Virus record (IMG/VR): IMGVR_UViG_3300028422_001686
Source: a virus
Lineage: Duplodnaviria > Heunggongvirae > Uroviricota > Caudoviricetes
DNA: 37,024 bases
Reading direction: 5' to 3' (one strand)
Part shown: one piece after another, positions 36,061-37,024 of the stretch
Layout: each line of letters starts with the position of its first letter
Numbering within the stretch: position 1 is the stretch's first letter
Notes under the pieces: generated by a model
The model's database searches: none
Told to the model about the DNA's origin: nothing
The model's input: the letters and a program-made list of their open reading frames with translations, nothing else
Program-made: the position numbers and the translations under genes

Positions 36061-36849
36061 TTATGAAATTAATATAGATCTCTCTAATTGTTGGTTTCCA
36101 CCATAGTTTACTTTTGTTAATGAGAAGGATGAGTACACTCTTCCTGTATAGAATGCTAAGCTTCCACCACTACTCTGATAGGCGTTAATTTTTATAGTAT
36201 CTCCGGCATCAAACTTAACAGCTTCAAAATGGGTCTGTGATGCCATACTTGATGAATAGCTCATTGGAGAAGTTCTTGCATTATGTAATGTGCTTGCGCC
36301 TCCAATAGTTATATCGTAAGTTATTAGTCTTATTCCAGTAGTATTAGCATACCAGTATACTTGTGCAGAACTAGCGTATTCACCAGCATCTTTAATTGTA
36401 GCAATTCCAGTCGTTTTATCTAATACACATAGGTCATCCTGATAAGCATAATTCCATACAATAGTTTGATAACTTCCACTACTAGTATGAAAGTAAGATC
36501 CTGTAAAAGAGGCCATTAAAACACTTGGCCTTCCAGAAAATTCATCACATATAGCGCCAGACATAATTCCTGCATTGGAATCATTGGTTCTAAAATACCC
36601 AATAATCCTTTTCATTTTATAGGCAGCTAACTCAGTTCCTGCTTCATCAGATGAAACTCCTAAGCTAAAAGCACCATTGCTATAATAGACCCATAGAAAA
36701 TATGGAGTAAAGCTAGTTAATGAGCTTGTATCAAAAGACAAAGTTGGAGTAACTAATTGAACTCCGCCCAATGTAACAACGGATGGTTGAACTGTTAAAA
36801 GTCCAGAAGATGAAACAAAGGAAGCACTTCCTATTTTATCTTTAAACAT
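36061..36849 (-). CDS. Putative virion structural protein with C-terminal C1q-like domain
   Basis: YQTIVWN...DKTTGIATIKDAGEY...KFDAGDTIKINAYQSSG...FSLTKV. Confidence 0.55.
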   Translation of the reverse strand: MFKDKIGSASFVSSSGLLTVQPSVVTLGGVQLVTPTLSFDTSSLTSFTPYFLWVYYSNGAFSLGVSSDEAGTELAAYKMKRIIGYFRTNDSNAGIMSGAICDEFSGRPSVLMASFTGSYFHTSSGSYQTIVWNYAYQDDLCVLDKTTGIATIKDAGEYASSAQVYWYANTTGIRLITYDITIGGASTLHNARTSPMSYSSSMASQTHFEAVKFDAGDTIKINAYQSSGGSLAFYTGRVYSSFSLTKVNYGGNQQLERSILIS

Positions 36850-36850
36850 G

Positions 36851-37024
36851 TTATCCTACCTTTTCCGTATTAAGAGATCCGTCATTAAGAACTGTAATCT
36901 CCCATAATTGACCATCTAAACTTCTAAGCTTAAACCCTTTTCCTGCAGACGATCTATCTATATCAAGGTTTGCACTACCTAGGCCGTTATCAGCAAGTAA
37001 GGCGGCGTTTTTATCGCTATTATC
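36851..37024 (-). CDS. 3' end of an upstream gene (partial), fibre-like
   Basis: Hand translation ...GFKLRSLDGQLWEITVLNDGSLNTEKVG*, ending 1 nt before ATG 36849. Resembles short beta-hairpin units in phage fibres. Confidence 0.55.
   Translation of the reverse strand, partial: DNSDKNAALLADNGLGSANLDIDRSSAGKGFKLRSLDGQLWEITVLNDGSLNTEKVG

Noticed and set aside
31289-36849. Diversity-generating retroelement acting on fibre C-termini
   Set aside because: No reverse transcriptase and no near-identical template/variable repeat pair seen in the window.
1-37024. Alternative genetic code (TAG/TGA recoding)
   Set aside because: Conserved genes are full length under code 11, and TAG/TGA stops coincide with downstream RBS/start overlaps.

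Overview
AT-rich, densely packed 37 kb segment of what is most likely a large (jumbo-type) tailed phage genome. This is inferred from the gene set and the many small overlapping hypothetical ORFs, with no host housekeeping context. 1-22.2 kb (mostly + strand) is a replication/recombination/nucleotide-metabolism region. It holds an atypical tRNA-like element, recA, four tandem 'GFVSNSSSSSF' proteins, a dnaE split into two intein-free genes, a metallophosphoesterase, RusA, a Vsr/DUF559-like nuclease, two Cas4-like PD-(D/E)XK proteins flanking a primase-helicase, dUTPase, class II RNR (NrdJ), a candidate sRNA/attenuator, an amidase and Hsp20. 22.2-29.3 kb is the most striking part: four radical SAM/SPASM genes around a 226-aa protein ending in a periodic C[HY]xx x4 + SRR tail, with accessory ORFs. 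This is a candidate phage-encoded protein/peptide post-translational modification system. 29.3-37 kb (- strand) encodes a lipoprotein, a membrane protein and a tandem array of putative virion fibre/receptor-binding proteins built from two repeated domain types. All family assignments come from motif recognition by eye; no searches were run.
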